Positions 45,203-53,578 of a stretch of 64,000 bases of DNA are shown here, piece after piece (the first letter of the stretch is position 1; the number at the start of each line of letters is the position of its first letter). The DNA comes from Thaumarchaeota archaeon UBA223. Lineage in GTDB: Archaea > Thermoproteota > Nitrososphaeria > Nitrososphaerales > UBA57. The position numbers and the translations under genes were made by a program. The DNA lies in NCBI GenBank assembly GCA_002495905.1, contig DAHJ01000022.1, positions 1,008-65,007 on the forward strand. The letters run 5' to 3'. The notes under the pieces were generated by a model. That model was not told where the DNA came from, ran no database searches, and saw only the letters and a program-made list of their open reading frames with translations.

Positions 45203-45817
45203 ATGCCGTGGAATAGATATGTAAATCATCATTTATCAGAATGGATAGAAAAACTAGAATCATGTACAATTGTAGATGCTGGAATGGGATTTGGAAGGTT
45301 AGGATTTGCAATAAAATTAGACTATCCGCAAAAAGATTTGGAGATATTTGGCTATGATTGTTACCAACCAGCATTAGATTATGCAAAATCACTGGGAAAT
45401 GCATATACAAAAATTGAGAATTTGGATATTGGAAAAGAGAGATTACCACATGGCGATAAAAGTGTCGATATAGCAATAGCAAGTGGAGTATTAGCTCATT
45501 TACATAAAGAAGAAGGTAGGCATTTAATGGATGAATTAGATAGAATATCAAATCACCACATAGTAACAGCTCCAACCACATTACATCATCATAAAAAGAG
45601 TTTGTGTAATGATCCAGATATAGAACCATTGGCTCATAAATCATTTTGGACTAAGAATGATTTTATGGAAAAGAAATATATGATGAGAGGATTTGGAGTA
45701 AAAGGTAGAGAAAATCAAACTATATTTGATACAATAATTTTTCCATACATATTCATTTTATCAGCTATAAATCCAAGATTTTGTTCATTAGCTGGAACAA
45801 TAGTAGCGTGGAAATAA
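45203..45817 (+). CDS. class I SAM-dependent methyltransferase
   Basis: 204 aa. Motif I is IVDAGMGFGRLG, with an acidic residue after beta-2 (FGYD) and the motif IASGVLAHL. Confidence 0.65.
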   Translation: MPWNRYVNHHLSEWIEKLESCTIVDAGMGFGRLGFAIKLDYPQKDLEIFGYDCYQPALDYAKSLGNAYTKIENLDIGKERLPHGDKSVDIAIASGVLAHLHKEEGRHLMDELDRISNHHIVTAPTTLHHHKKSLCNDPDIEPLAHKSFWTKNDFMEKKYMMRGFGVKGRENQTIFDTIIFPYIFILSAINPRFCSLAGTIVAWK

Positions 45818-45841
45818 AAATTACAAAAGTATACACTAAGT

Positions 45842-45883
45842 AAAAAAAAATAAAAAAAAAGAAATGGAGCGCGTAAACGCGCT
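45842..45883 (-). terminator. hairpin plus oligo-U terminator after the envelope-protein genes
   Basis: On the minus strand, 9 nt after the TAG (45892-45894), AGCGCG-uuua-CGCGCU forms a perfect 6-bp GC stem (45868-45873 with 45878-45883). It is followed by UUUCUUUUUUUUUAUUUUUUUUU (45842-45864). It is the only GC-rich hairpin in this AT-rich spacer. Confidence 0.7.
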
Positions 45884-45891
45884 ACATTTAT

Positions 45892-46974
45892 CTAGTTTTT
45901 GAGGACGTTTCCTCTAACGATTACGACTACTTGTAGTATTACTGCAATTGCTGCAAGAACTGCTGCAATTAGAGCTGTAGATGAAGCTTGTGCAGAACCT
46001 TCGGCTGCTGCATCTGCATTCTCAACTATGCCTCCAATAGCATCTTCGATGTCGTCTTCAGTTTCTTCGACTCCATCTTCAATTGCTGCTTGACTGCCTG
46101 AGATTGCTGATGTTACATCGGCAACTGCTGCATCTAATGCACTACTAATCTGTCCAATGGTTACACCCTCAGGTGTTTCCTTGTCTGCAATTTCGTGGAC
46201 TTCACCGTCGATGTGCTCTAGCTCATCGGCGACGTCGCCAACATCACTTGCAAGATTAGCAATTGCGCTGAGTATAGGTGCATTACTTTCTGCTTCAGGG
46301 ATGTCTATTTGGACACCTGATGAAACTTGGAATGAACCCAAGGCCCATACGCCTCCAGCTTGAACGGCAACTCCGTAAGAGCCGACATTACCTGCTGTAA
46401 TTGTACATTGTTGCAAACCATTGATGGTGGTACTTGAGCATGTGTTTGTAATTGTTTCTGAACCGCCAGGTCCTGAGACTTTGGCGACAGTAATTGCTGA
46501 GTCTTGTGCTACTCCACCGGTTGTGGTCAATACGAAGATTGTTACTGTATCTCCAGGATTATATGTTCCATCGGCTGATACAGCGACTGAGACTCCTCCG
46601 CTCTCACTAGCTGCAGGTGCGGCTGCAGATTCTTCTGTAAATGTTACAGTCAAGTCTGCTGTTCCTTCATCTGCGGTTGCAGTTACAGTATAACTTCCAA
46701 ATGGGAATGTACTGGTGGCTTTGCTTGGGAATCTCAATAATGTTACTGAGTAATCACCGTTTGAGTCAGCAGCAGTTTGACCTACTGCAACTTGTGCACC
46801 ATTAGGGTTTGAAACCTTGAATGTAATATCCGCATTTGGTCCAGCTGTACCACTAACGGTTAACTGATCTCCAGGAGTGTATTCCTCGTCACCAGTTAAA
46901 GTGAGTGCTAAAGCAAATGGAATTGCTGCAACGAGCATCAACGCTGACAATACTACTGCTAGTCCTACGTTCAT
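45892..46974 (-). CDS. secreted, C-terminally membrane-anchored acidic envelope protein (candidate S-layer stalk/anchor)
   Basis: The ATG at 46974 gives the signal peptide MNVGLAVVLSALMLVAAIPFALA. This is followed by Thr/Gly/Val-rich beta-type domains, an Ala/Asp/Glu-rich segment of about 115 aa, a TM helix ALIAAVLAAIAVILQVVVIV and the tail RGNVLKN. The track start (TTG at 47010) lies inside a hairpin. Confidence 0.75.
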   Translation of the reverse strand: MNVGLAVVLSALMLVAAIPFALALTLTGDEEYTPGDQLTVSGTAGPNADITFKVSNPNGAQVAVGQTAADSNGDYSVTLLRFPSKATSTFPFGSYTVTATADEGTADLTVTFTEESAAAPAASESGGVSVAVSADGTYNPGDTVTIFVLTTTGGVAQDSAITVAKVSGPGGSETITNTCSSTTINGLQQCTITAGNVGSYGVAVQAGGVWALGSFQVSSGVQIDIPEAESNAPILSAIANLASDVGDVADELEHIDGEVHEIADKETPEGVTIGQISSALDAAVADVTSAISGSQAAIEDGVEETEDDIEDAIGGIVENADAAAEGSAQASSTALIAAVLAAIAVILQVVVIVRGNVLKN

Positions 46975-47026
46975 TTTTCCAGACTGGAAAAATAAGAGGG
47001 GGGAGGTCAACTTATGTTGTCCTCTC

Positions 47027-50000
47027 CTATGCGATTGTGAAGGTTACGCTCTTCACTGGTGATAGAGCTTCTGCTTCACTTATGCTTGTCCATACGTAGA
47101 CTTCTGCTGTGTATGTTCCTGCAGAGTCAGGTAGCCAGGATAGACCTGGTGTCTGAGATTCATCTACTGCGAGTTCGATGTCTCTTACCCATCCGAGGTT
47201 GACAACTTCACCAGCTGAATTCTTGATTTGTACCAAGAATGTTACTGTGTGAGCAACGTCATCATCGTTTGTGACACTAGCCTGTACGATTACGATGTCT
47301 CCAACACTTGGAGCAGCGAATGCGTCACCTGCTGTATCGACGATCTCAGGAGTACCTGCTGGAACTTGTTCAGTCTTCGATAGTGCTTGACCAATCTTCG
47401 TTGTTACTTCAATGGTACACTTCTTGTTAGTGTCACAAAGTGTATCTGTGTACTTGATGGTGACAACATCACCAACAGTTGCGGATACTTGTGAACTTGA
47501 AGGTACACCCTTTGAGGTAGCAATGAATTCAATCTTGCCTGTGAAGGTTGAACTATCAGCTGCAGATTCTTGTAGTGTTATACTAGTTCCGATTTCCCAA
47601 CTATCTGTAATTACTTTAACAGTAATTGATTGTTTGGAATCTGGACTTGTATTAGCGTCAAGATCTACGACAGTAATTTCTGCGAAGTCACCGACTAGAT
47701 AGTTTGCCTTGTCAGTTGTTATTGCACCAGATTCTGTCTTGACATTCAATGATGCTTTAACGACTTGTAAGGTTCCACTTACATCAGCTGTATCTGAATA
47801 ATAGAAGTATATTGTATCAGATGCATTGACATGAAGTGTTCCATCTTCGTTAGTTGGTGTTCCAGTTGATCTGGCCATTGTGATACCGAACCAGTATGTA
47901 CCTGTAGAGGTTGTTCCATTGGAGGCGTATGGTTTTTCAATATCGCCTGTACCGTTGGAGGTCACCTGTGTCAATTGTACACTGCTAGCTGCAGTTGTCA
48001 TTAAGTCAGGATCAACAAGTTTCACATAGATCTTACCATCAGGACCAACATCTGTACTTGGTGTAACAGTTAGTTCAGCTGTTGTACTTTGTACAGTGAT
48101 TGCTGCTGTAGCAGATGCACGTGCTAATCCTGAGCCTGAATAGAAGCTGTTGGATGTAGCATTGTCTCTGACACGTAGTCTGATGTATTGGTTAGCCGCC
48201 AATGTTGTACCAAATGGTGACTTTCCTGGTTCTAATGTGATTGTCTTTGTGAACTCGCCTGTATTAACGCCAGTTTCTGTAAGTGCAATTGTAGAATTGT
48301 ACTTAGCAGTATCTGTTTCTGCCGGTGCAGTTTGCTTTGCTGTACCAATCAATAGTATGTATAGCTTGTCTGCAACTTCTACATCTCTGTTGAAGTCAGG
48401 TTCAGTAGCTGTTACAGTGAATGTATCACCTAATTTACCTGTACTGATAGAGGATGAGATTGTTGCATCATGTCCTTTAATATCAAGACATTTTGCTACA
48501 CCTTTTACCGCAGTGTTAGTAGTTGTTGAACTATCAACATTACGGGCTATTGTGATATTAGTACTTGAAGCACCATCTGCCCATTCGAAACAAATCTGTC
48601 CGCCAACCATATCTTGCATCTTATCGAGAGATTCTTGTTCTCGTGTAGGTGAAGAATAGTTAAGAACTGTTGGGATATCACTGTTTGAATCACCCCAGTT
48701 AATACCGAACTTCAATGTGAATACACCAGTATTTACACCAGTTTCGGTGGCTGTAACATTATACCATGACAAGTGACCAAGGGCTCCTTGTACAGGGTTA
48801 ATTGCGTTACCTCCAGATGTGGTTCCGACTTGACCGCCAGTTGCGTTCTTGATAATCATACGTAATGTTGCATTATCACGAGCGTTGACGTTAGTGTTCT
48901 TATCAGCGTCAGTTAGAGTTACTGTTGCGTTAACACGGGACACGTTAGTTCCAGATGTAGCATGGGATGGTGAAATTGGGAAGTCAGTACGATCAAAGCT
49001 TAATGCTCCTACTGTTCCGCCAATTGTAACTGTTACATTAGCAGTTGTACCATCAAATCTGTCTTTGACAGTGAATACCAAACTATCTCCGGCTGCAAGT
49101 CCTAGTGGTCCTGATCCGCCTCTTAAGTCTAATGCAGTTCGTAATGAACTAATTGAGACTGAGGTTGTCCAGACACCAGTGTTTACACCAGTTTCTAATA
49201 CTAAGGCTGAGTGGTTTCGTATATCATGATAACCGTTTGTTCCGTTGATAGATGTAATTGTGAAGTTAGCTAACCTCTTTGCATTACATGTACTTCCAAC
49301 GAAAATACCAGAACATGTTCTGTCACCTGCGGTAGTACCTTCACGAGATGAATAGTGTTTCTGTCTCGTAGAGTTGAATAATATCTGCTCTTTTGATGCA
49401 GAATTATCGTTACCATCAGGATCAGTGTATGTTAACTTGATACTTGAAGCGGTTTCGTCATACGATGCTTTGTCAGTGGCTACTGTTGCTGCGGTTGTAG
49501 TAAAGTCAACTGTTGCTGCTGCAGTGGTTCCTCCATACTTGTCTTGATATGTAATATCAAATACAGAGTTCTTTGCATTAGCTGGACTGACTGTACATGT
49601 CAACCTGTTGGCAGTAGTACTATATGAACAACCAGATGTGTAAGCACCAATTGTATTACGAATTGTGAACTTGAAGACACTTGTGTTTGTACCGGTTTCA
49701 GTTGCTGTGACAGTAACTGGTGAACTGTTATTGAGTTCGACGAATACTTTGTTTATTGTATCTTTCTTTTCTGGATCGTGGTTCATGTCAGCATCAGTAA
49801 TTTCTACTGTAACATCAGAAGATGATGTAACAGCTGTTGCTGATGTTGTCATAGTACCAACAGTTTCTTGAATAGTAAGAGTCAATGACGTTGCATTGTA
49901 ACATGAAGATCGAGGACCGTCAACTCCACATTGTGTTGAATTATAACCGAATCGGATATTCTGAATCGGTGTAAATGCCAACTTGAATGTGTCGCCATTC

Positions 50001-51214
50001 TTCCAACCTGAACTTCCTGTATTATCGGAAGTGTAGTTCCAGGTAGGACGTGAGTCCCAATCACCTTGTGCTTTACCTGCAGTTCTCAAAGTCTTGTTTG
50101 TGTTAACGTTAGTATCGCCTGCATTTGTGTTATTGAAGTAGAATCTTTCCATTTCAAGACATGGTGAGGTAGCTACAGTGTTTGCACACTTGAATATACC
50201 AGTGTTTACACCAGTTTCAGTAAAGTTCAATCTGAACTCTGCTGCACCAGTTCCACCAGTGATTCTGTTACCTGAGCCATAATAGCTCATTGTCTTGTTG
50301 ACGATATTCTGTAATGTAGCGTTTGACGATGTTACGATCGTTGCTTGGAATCCGTTAGTGTTATTTGTAACTAAGAAACTTTCTTTTTCTGTTGGATCTT
50401 GATTAAGATCGTTATGGTTTAGGTACAATCTTAGTGATGCACCAGGGGTTACCGTTGTCTGTTTAGACTCGGTATTATATAATGTGGCTTTTGTCTCTTT
50501 GTAGAGCAATGTCTGTGAAACATCTTTCGCTGCACCAGTTGAATCAGATGCATCTTTGTACGTGATTGTCATTGTATGACCTCGGGTCATGTTCATACCA
50601 TGGATCATTGGTGATGAAGCTATACTGTGTGTTGCAGATAACTTGGATTGTGATCCACCACGGTATGTGTGGTTTGAGTATGTACGTGTCGATGGAACAC
50701 CATTTGCTAAGTGGCCTGTGTTGATGTAGTTCTTTGCACATGAGCCGACTGCGAGTCCGTTAGAACCCTGTCCTGCTGGTGCGTGACCTGCATGAAATAC
50801 TGCGTGAGAAGCATTGTGTGCTTTATCACTTGCAGTTACGTTCAATTGGGTACTACATCCATAGACTACATAAAGTGCATCAGTTGCATAAGCAACCCAT
50901 GAACCTCCCGTATTCTGTGTGACGTTGAGTGTGTATGTATTTGTTGCATTAGTCCATTGAAGGACGACGCTTGGATTGTATGTGTCTTTCATTTCTTGAA
51001 CACCGATATCACTATCAGTGATTGTCATAGAAACGGTTTGGTTTCCAAAGATTTGCGAAGATGATAGTGTAAGAGTTCCAGTTGCTGCAGCTTGTGCTGA
51101 TGGAGCTATTGGTAAGCCCATCATCATAAGCATACTAGCAGCTAGTAACAAGGTTGCAGTTGCAGCCTTGAATTGCTTAGAGAATAGCCAATTTGTATTT
51201 AGACTATAGTTCAT
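47027..51214 (-). CDS. large secreted repeat-domain glycoprotein, candidate major S-layer protein
   Basis: 1395 aa. The signal peptide ends ...PSAQA. The protein is rich in Thr/Ser/Asn/Gly/Ala/Val and carries about 37 N-x-S/T sequons by my count. An ETG(V/T)NTG-x-(F/W) motif recurs every 150-200 aa, consistent with tandem Ig-like domains. There is no C-terminal TM. Confidence 0.75.
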   Translation of the reverse strand: MNYSLNTNWLFSKQFKAATATLLLAASMLMMMGLPIAPSAQAAATGTLTLSSSQIFGNQTVSMTITDSDIGVQEMKDTYNPSVVLQWTNATNTYTLNVTQNTGGSWVAYATDALYVVYGCSTQLNVTASDKAHNASHAVFHAGHAPAGQGSNGLAVGSCAKNYINTGHLANGVPSTRTYSNHTYRGGSQSKLSATHSIASSPMIHGMNMTRGHTMTITYKDASDSTGAAKDVSQTLLYKETKATLYNTESKQTTVTPGASLRLYLNHNDLNQDPTEKESFLVTNNTNGFQATIVTSSNATLQNIVNKTMSYYGSGNRITGGTGAAEFRLNFTETGVNTGIFKCANTVATSPCLEMERFYFNNTNAGDTNVNTNKTLRTAGKAQGDWDSRPTWNYTSDNTGSSGWKNGDTFKLAFTPIQNIRFGYNSTQCGVDGPRSSCYNATSLTLTIQETVGTMTTSATAVTSSSDVTVEITDADMNHDPEKKDTINKVFVELNNSSPVTVTATETGTNTSVFKFTIRNTIGAYTSGCSYSTTANRLTCTVSPANAKNSVFDITYQDKYGGTTAAATVDFTTTAATVATDKASYDETASSIKLTYTDPDGNDNSASKEQILFNSTRQKHYSSREGTTAGDRTCSGIFVGSTCNAKRLANFTITSINGTNGYHDIRNHSALVLETGVNTGVWTTSVSISSLRTALDLRGGSGPLGLAAGDSLVFTVKDRFDGTTANVTVTIGGTVGALSFDRTDFPISPSHATSGTNVSRVNATVTLTDADKNTNVNARDNATLRMIIKNATGGQVGTTSGGNAINPVQGALGHLSWYNVTATETGVNTGVFTLKFGINWGDSNSDIPTVLNYSSPTREQESLDKMQDMVGGQICFEWADGASSTNITIARNVDSSTTTNTAVKGVAKCLDIKGHDATISSSISTGKLGDTFTVTATEPDFNRDVEVADKLYILLIGTAKQTAPAETDTAKYNSTIALTETGVNTGEFTKTITLEPGKSPFGTTLAANQYIRLRVRDNATSNSFYSGSGLARASATAAITVQSTTAELTVTPSTDVGPDGKIYVKLVDPDLMTTAASSVQLTQVTSNGTGDIEKPYASNGTTSTGTYWFGITMARSTGTPTNEDGTLHVNASDTIYFYYSDTADVSGTLQVVKASLNVKTESGAITTDKANYLVGDFAEITVVDLDANTSPDSKQSITVKVITDSWEIGTSITLQESAADSSTFTGKIEFIATSKGVPSSSQVSATVGDVVTIKYTDTLCDTNKKCTIEVTTKIGQALSKTEQVPAGTPEIVDTAGDAFAAPSVGDIVIVQASVTNDDDVAHTVTFLVQIKNSAGEVVNLGWVRDIELAVDESQTPGLSWLPDSAGTYTAEVYVWTSISEAEALSPVKSVTFTIA
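48257..50218 (-). repeat. dispersed intragenic ~21-nt repeats encoding the ETG(V/T)NTG motif
   Basis: On the plus strand, accagtgtttacaccagtttc occurs identically at 50198..50218 and 49175..49195. A copy with 1 mismatch lies at 48725..48745. Diverged copies lie at 49679..49699 and 48257..48277. Confidence 0.8.
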
Positions 51215-51223
51215 ACTATTATA

Positions 51224-51259
51224 CTCCTTAAACGGATTTTGATAATTTTAATATATAAG
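51224..51259 (-). promoter_or_regulatory. Shine-Dalgarno-like AAGGAG and TATA-like box upstream of the large envelope-protein gene
   Basis: The minus strand reads ...GCTTATATATTAAAATTATCAAAATCCGTTTAAGGAGTATAATAGT-ATG. The GGAG lies about 10 nt before the ATG at 51214, and the TATA-like TTATATATTAAAA (51246-51259) lies about 35-45 nt upstream. Confidence 0.45.
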
Positions 51260-51403
51260 CATTGTGGATAAATTGTCTATCGCGGGAAAAAATAAAGAGT
51301 AATTTAGGTTAACGGTCAATAATACACTGCTTTTGTAAAAATAATAAAAAAACATTATGGATAAAATGAATCAGAGAAGTATCCGGTAATTATGTATGAA
51401 AAT

Positions 51404-52486
51404 CTAGAAGAACCAAGCAAATAAAAGAGAAAGGCCAAAGATAAGATAGAGAAAACCGAACAAAGGAAGTAATTTGTTGTTTAAAGTTAATCCAGGAATT
51501 TTATATAAATAAGGAATCATTGATGCGAATCGAAAATATCCAGAGAAGAAAGAATATGCAGGCTGTAAAACAGATCCAAAAACAATTAATGATAAACTAA
51601 AGTAATCAAGATGTTTTTTCTTGTAAATAAAATAGATAGATAAAATTAAAGCAAAGAAAATTGACCAAGTTAGGAACTCGTTGATTAAATAATTTAGACC
51701 TGTAATCGCAGGAGTATTAACTCCTCCAAAGAAACGATTTTGAAAGAATGTTTGAAATGGAATTCCAATCATACTATGTGGAAATCCGGAATCTACACCT
51801 GAAGTAAAACGTAAGAAATGTTCTAAACCAAATCTGTAAATTAGATGCAATCCGTGAATTGAAATTGTAATAAAAGGAATTATAAAATATTTAAGAAATT
51901 TACGATCTTTTGTGAGTAAAAAGTATGGAAATGAGAAAATTACAAAATCTGGACGAGCTAATGAAGCGAATGCAAGAAAAATTGCAGAAATCTTAAAATT
52001 ATCAGTTCGAAAATAATACAACGCACCAAACATGAATGTGAAAAATAATGGTTCATTCATGCCTCCATGTGTAGAGATGAGAAGAATAGGATTGAATGCA
52101 TAAAATAAAACAGATGATTTAATGTTATCTAAAGAAACAACACGAGAGAACATTACCACGCTAAAAGAAAATGCAGTAATATTGATTAGTTCCATTGTCA
52201 AGGCAGTAGCAAAAGGATTTCCTTGTGCAATAAGATATGTAATTAAAGGATAAAGAAATGTTGCATGACGAAAGCCACTTTCTTCAGGAGAAGATGAAAA
52301 AGGATCAAGTGCTATATTATAATAAGAAGTTCCGTCAGTATCTGCTTTATCAGCAAAATGATGAACATCATAACCTAAAGCTAACCCAAAAATAAAGAAA
52401 AAGAGATTGAAACTAAAGATTAAGAGAAATAATTTTCGTTCATCCTTTAGTTGTTCAGATAAGTAATCAATTATTTGTATAGCCAC
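51404..52486 (-). CDS. polytopic membrane protein, GT-C-type (PIG-V/DUF2029-like) glycosyltransferase candidate
   Basis: 360 aa with about 9-10 TM segments. The first extracytoplasmic loop carries the acidic motif HHFADKADTDGTSYYNIALDPF, which resembles the D..(H/Y)Y..IA loop of mannosyltransferase-like GT-C families. The start is GTG. Confidence 0.45.
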   Translation of the reverse strand: MAIQIIDYLSEQLKDERKLFLLIFSFNLFFFIFGLALGYDVHHFADKADTDGTSYYNIALDPFSSSPEESGFRHATFLYPLITYLIAQGNPFATALTMELINITAFSFSVVMFSRVVSLDNIKSSVLFYAFNPILLISTHGGMNEPLFFTFMFGALYYFRTDNFKISAIFLAFASLARPDFVIFSFPYFLLTKDRKFLKYFIIPFITISIHGLHLIYRFGLEHFLRFTSGVDSGFPHSMIGIPFQTFFQNRFFGGVNTPAITGLNYLINEFLTWSIFFALILSIYFIYKKKHLDYFSLSLIVFGSVLQPAYSFFSGYFRFASMIPYLYKIPGLTLNNKLLPLFGFLYLIFGLSLLFAWFF

Positions 52487-52579
52487 GTCTACCCATATAT
52501 GAAAAAAGTTTCTATAAAAGCGTATACAAAAGACTTTTACAAAGACGAAAGATAGAAAGAAGTAAAGGAAGTTAAAAAA

Positions 52580-53578
52580 ATGGAAAGTAAATTAACCGCT
52601 ATTGCTCCACATAGGATTAGTATTTGTGGTGGAGGAACAGATTTTCCTTCATTCTATAATAACCACAATGGAGCAGTAATCAATTTTGCAATAACAAGAT
52701 TTTCAAAAATTAGATTAAGAGTATTAAAAAATAAATATGTAGTAATTGCCAGTGATGTAGATGAATATTTTGAAGGTAGTAAAGATGAATTATTAAAAAT
52801 AAAAAATTCTTCAATGCCATTATATATGATAATGAAAAAAGGAATTCCTTCCAAGATTTCAATAAAAAGTGATGTACCTCCTGGAAGTGGTTTAGGATCT
52901 TCAGGTACATTAGCTGTAAACTTAGTTAATGCATTTCATCATATAGATAATAAAAAAAAGATTAAACCATTAGAGCTATCAGAAAAAGCTTACAAATTAG
53001 AAGCTGAAATATTTAAAAAAGCAATAGGAAAACAAGATCATATGCCAGCAGCATTTGGAGGATTTAATTTCATAGAATATAGAAAAAATAAAATTGTTGT
53101 AACACCATTTAAAAATAAAATATCTAATGCATTAACAGAAAATTGTTTACTTTTTTATTTAGGTATGACAAGAGATGCAGATAAAATATTACGAAGACAA
53201 GAAAAAAGAGTACAAAGTAATTCAGATGAAATGATTGATGTTCTAAAAACAATGAATAAATTAACAAGAAAAATGAGAAATGATCTTAATGATGGAAACT
53301 TTAAAGAAGTCGGAAACACATTAGAAATTGCGTGGGAATTGAAAAAGAAATTTACTAAAGGTGTTTCAAATAAATTTATTGACAAAGTACATGATCTTGC
53401 TATTGAATCAGGCGCATATGGTGCAAAAATCACTGGCGCGGGAGGAGGAGGTCATTTTTTGGTAATTGCAGATAAATCAAATCATAAGAACATTATAAAA
53501 AATATACATAGTACGGGATGCAAGAGAGTTTTATTTGATGTTTCACTAAAAGGAGCTGTGGTAAATTATGGAAAATGA
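52580..53578 (+). CDS. hddA: D-glycero-alpha-D-manno-heptose 7-phosphate kinase (GHMP family, HddA-type)
   Basis: 332 aa. HRISICGGGTDFPSFY, the GHMP motif PPGSGLGSSGTLAV and TGAGGGGHF are present. It is directly followed by gmhA and gmhB. Confidence 0.8.
   Translation: MESKLTAIAPHRISICGGGTDFPSFYNNHNGAVINFAITRFSKIRLRVLKNKYVVIASDVDEYFEGSKDELLKIKNSSMPLYMIMKKGIPSKISIKSDVPPGSGLGSSGTLAVNLVNAFHHIDNKKKIKPLELSEKAYKLEAEIFKKAIGKQDHMPAAFGGFNFIEYRKNKIVVTPFKNKISNALTENCLLFYLGMTRDADKILRRQEKRVQSNSDEMIDVLKTMNKLTRKMRNDLNDGNFKEVGNTLEIAWELKKKFTKGVSNKFIDKVHDLAIESGAYGAKITGAGGGGHFLVIADKSNHKNIIKNIHSTGCKRVLFDVSLKGAVVNYGK

Noticed and set aside
45842-45860. The long A-runs (taaaaaaaaataaaaaaaaag) as a low-complexity insertion scar or replication-related element.
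   Set aside because: Read on the minus strand, they form the oligo-U tract directly following a perfect GC hairpin downstream of a stop codon. A terminator explains them fully.
45899-51209. A series of plus-strand ORFs of 60-169 aa antisense to the envelope genes: 45899..46093, 46157..46363, 46421..46693, 46877..47062, 47412..47702, 48150..48659, 48849..49229, 49665..49871 and 51018..51209.
   Set aside because: Their translations are low-complexity Ser/Thr/Ala/Val/Pro strings. They occur only where the sense gene is GC-richer, and they tile the antisense of two long, well-supported ORFs. These are classic shadow ORFs.
45892-51214. The higher-GC block as a horizontally acquired island or prophage remnant.
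   Set aside because: The shift coincides exactly with two ORFs whose Thr/Ala/Gly/Val-rich composition forces GC-rich codons. No integrase, transposase, repeats or phage genes flank it. It is kept only as a low-interest compositional note.
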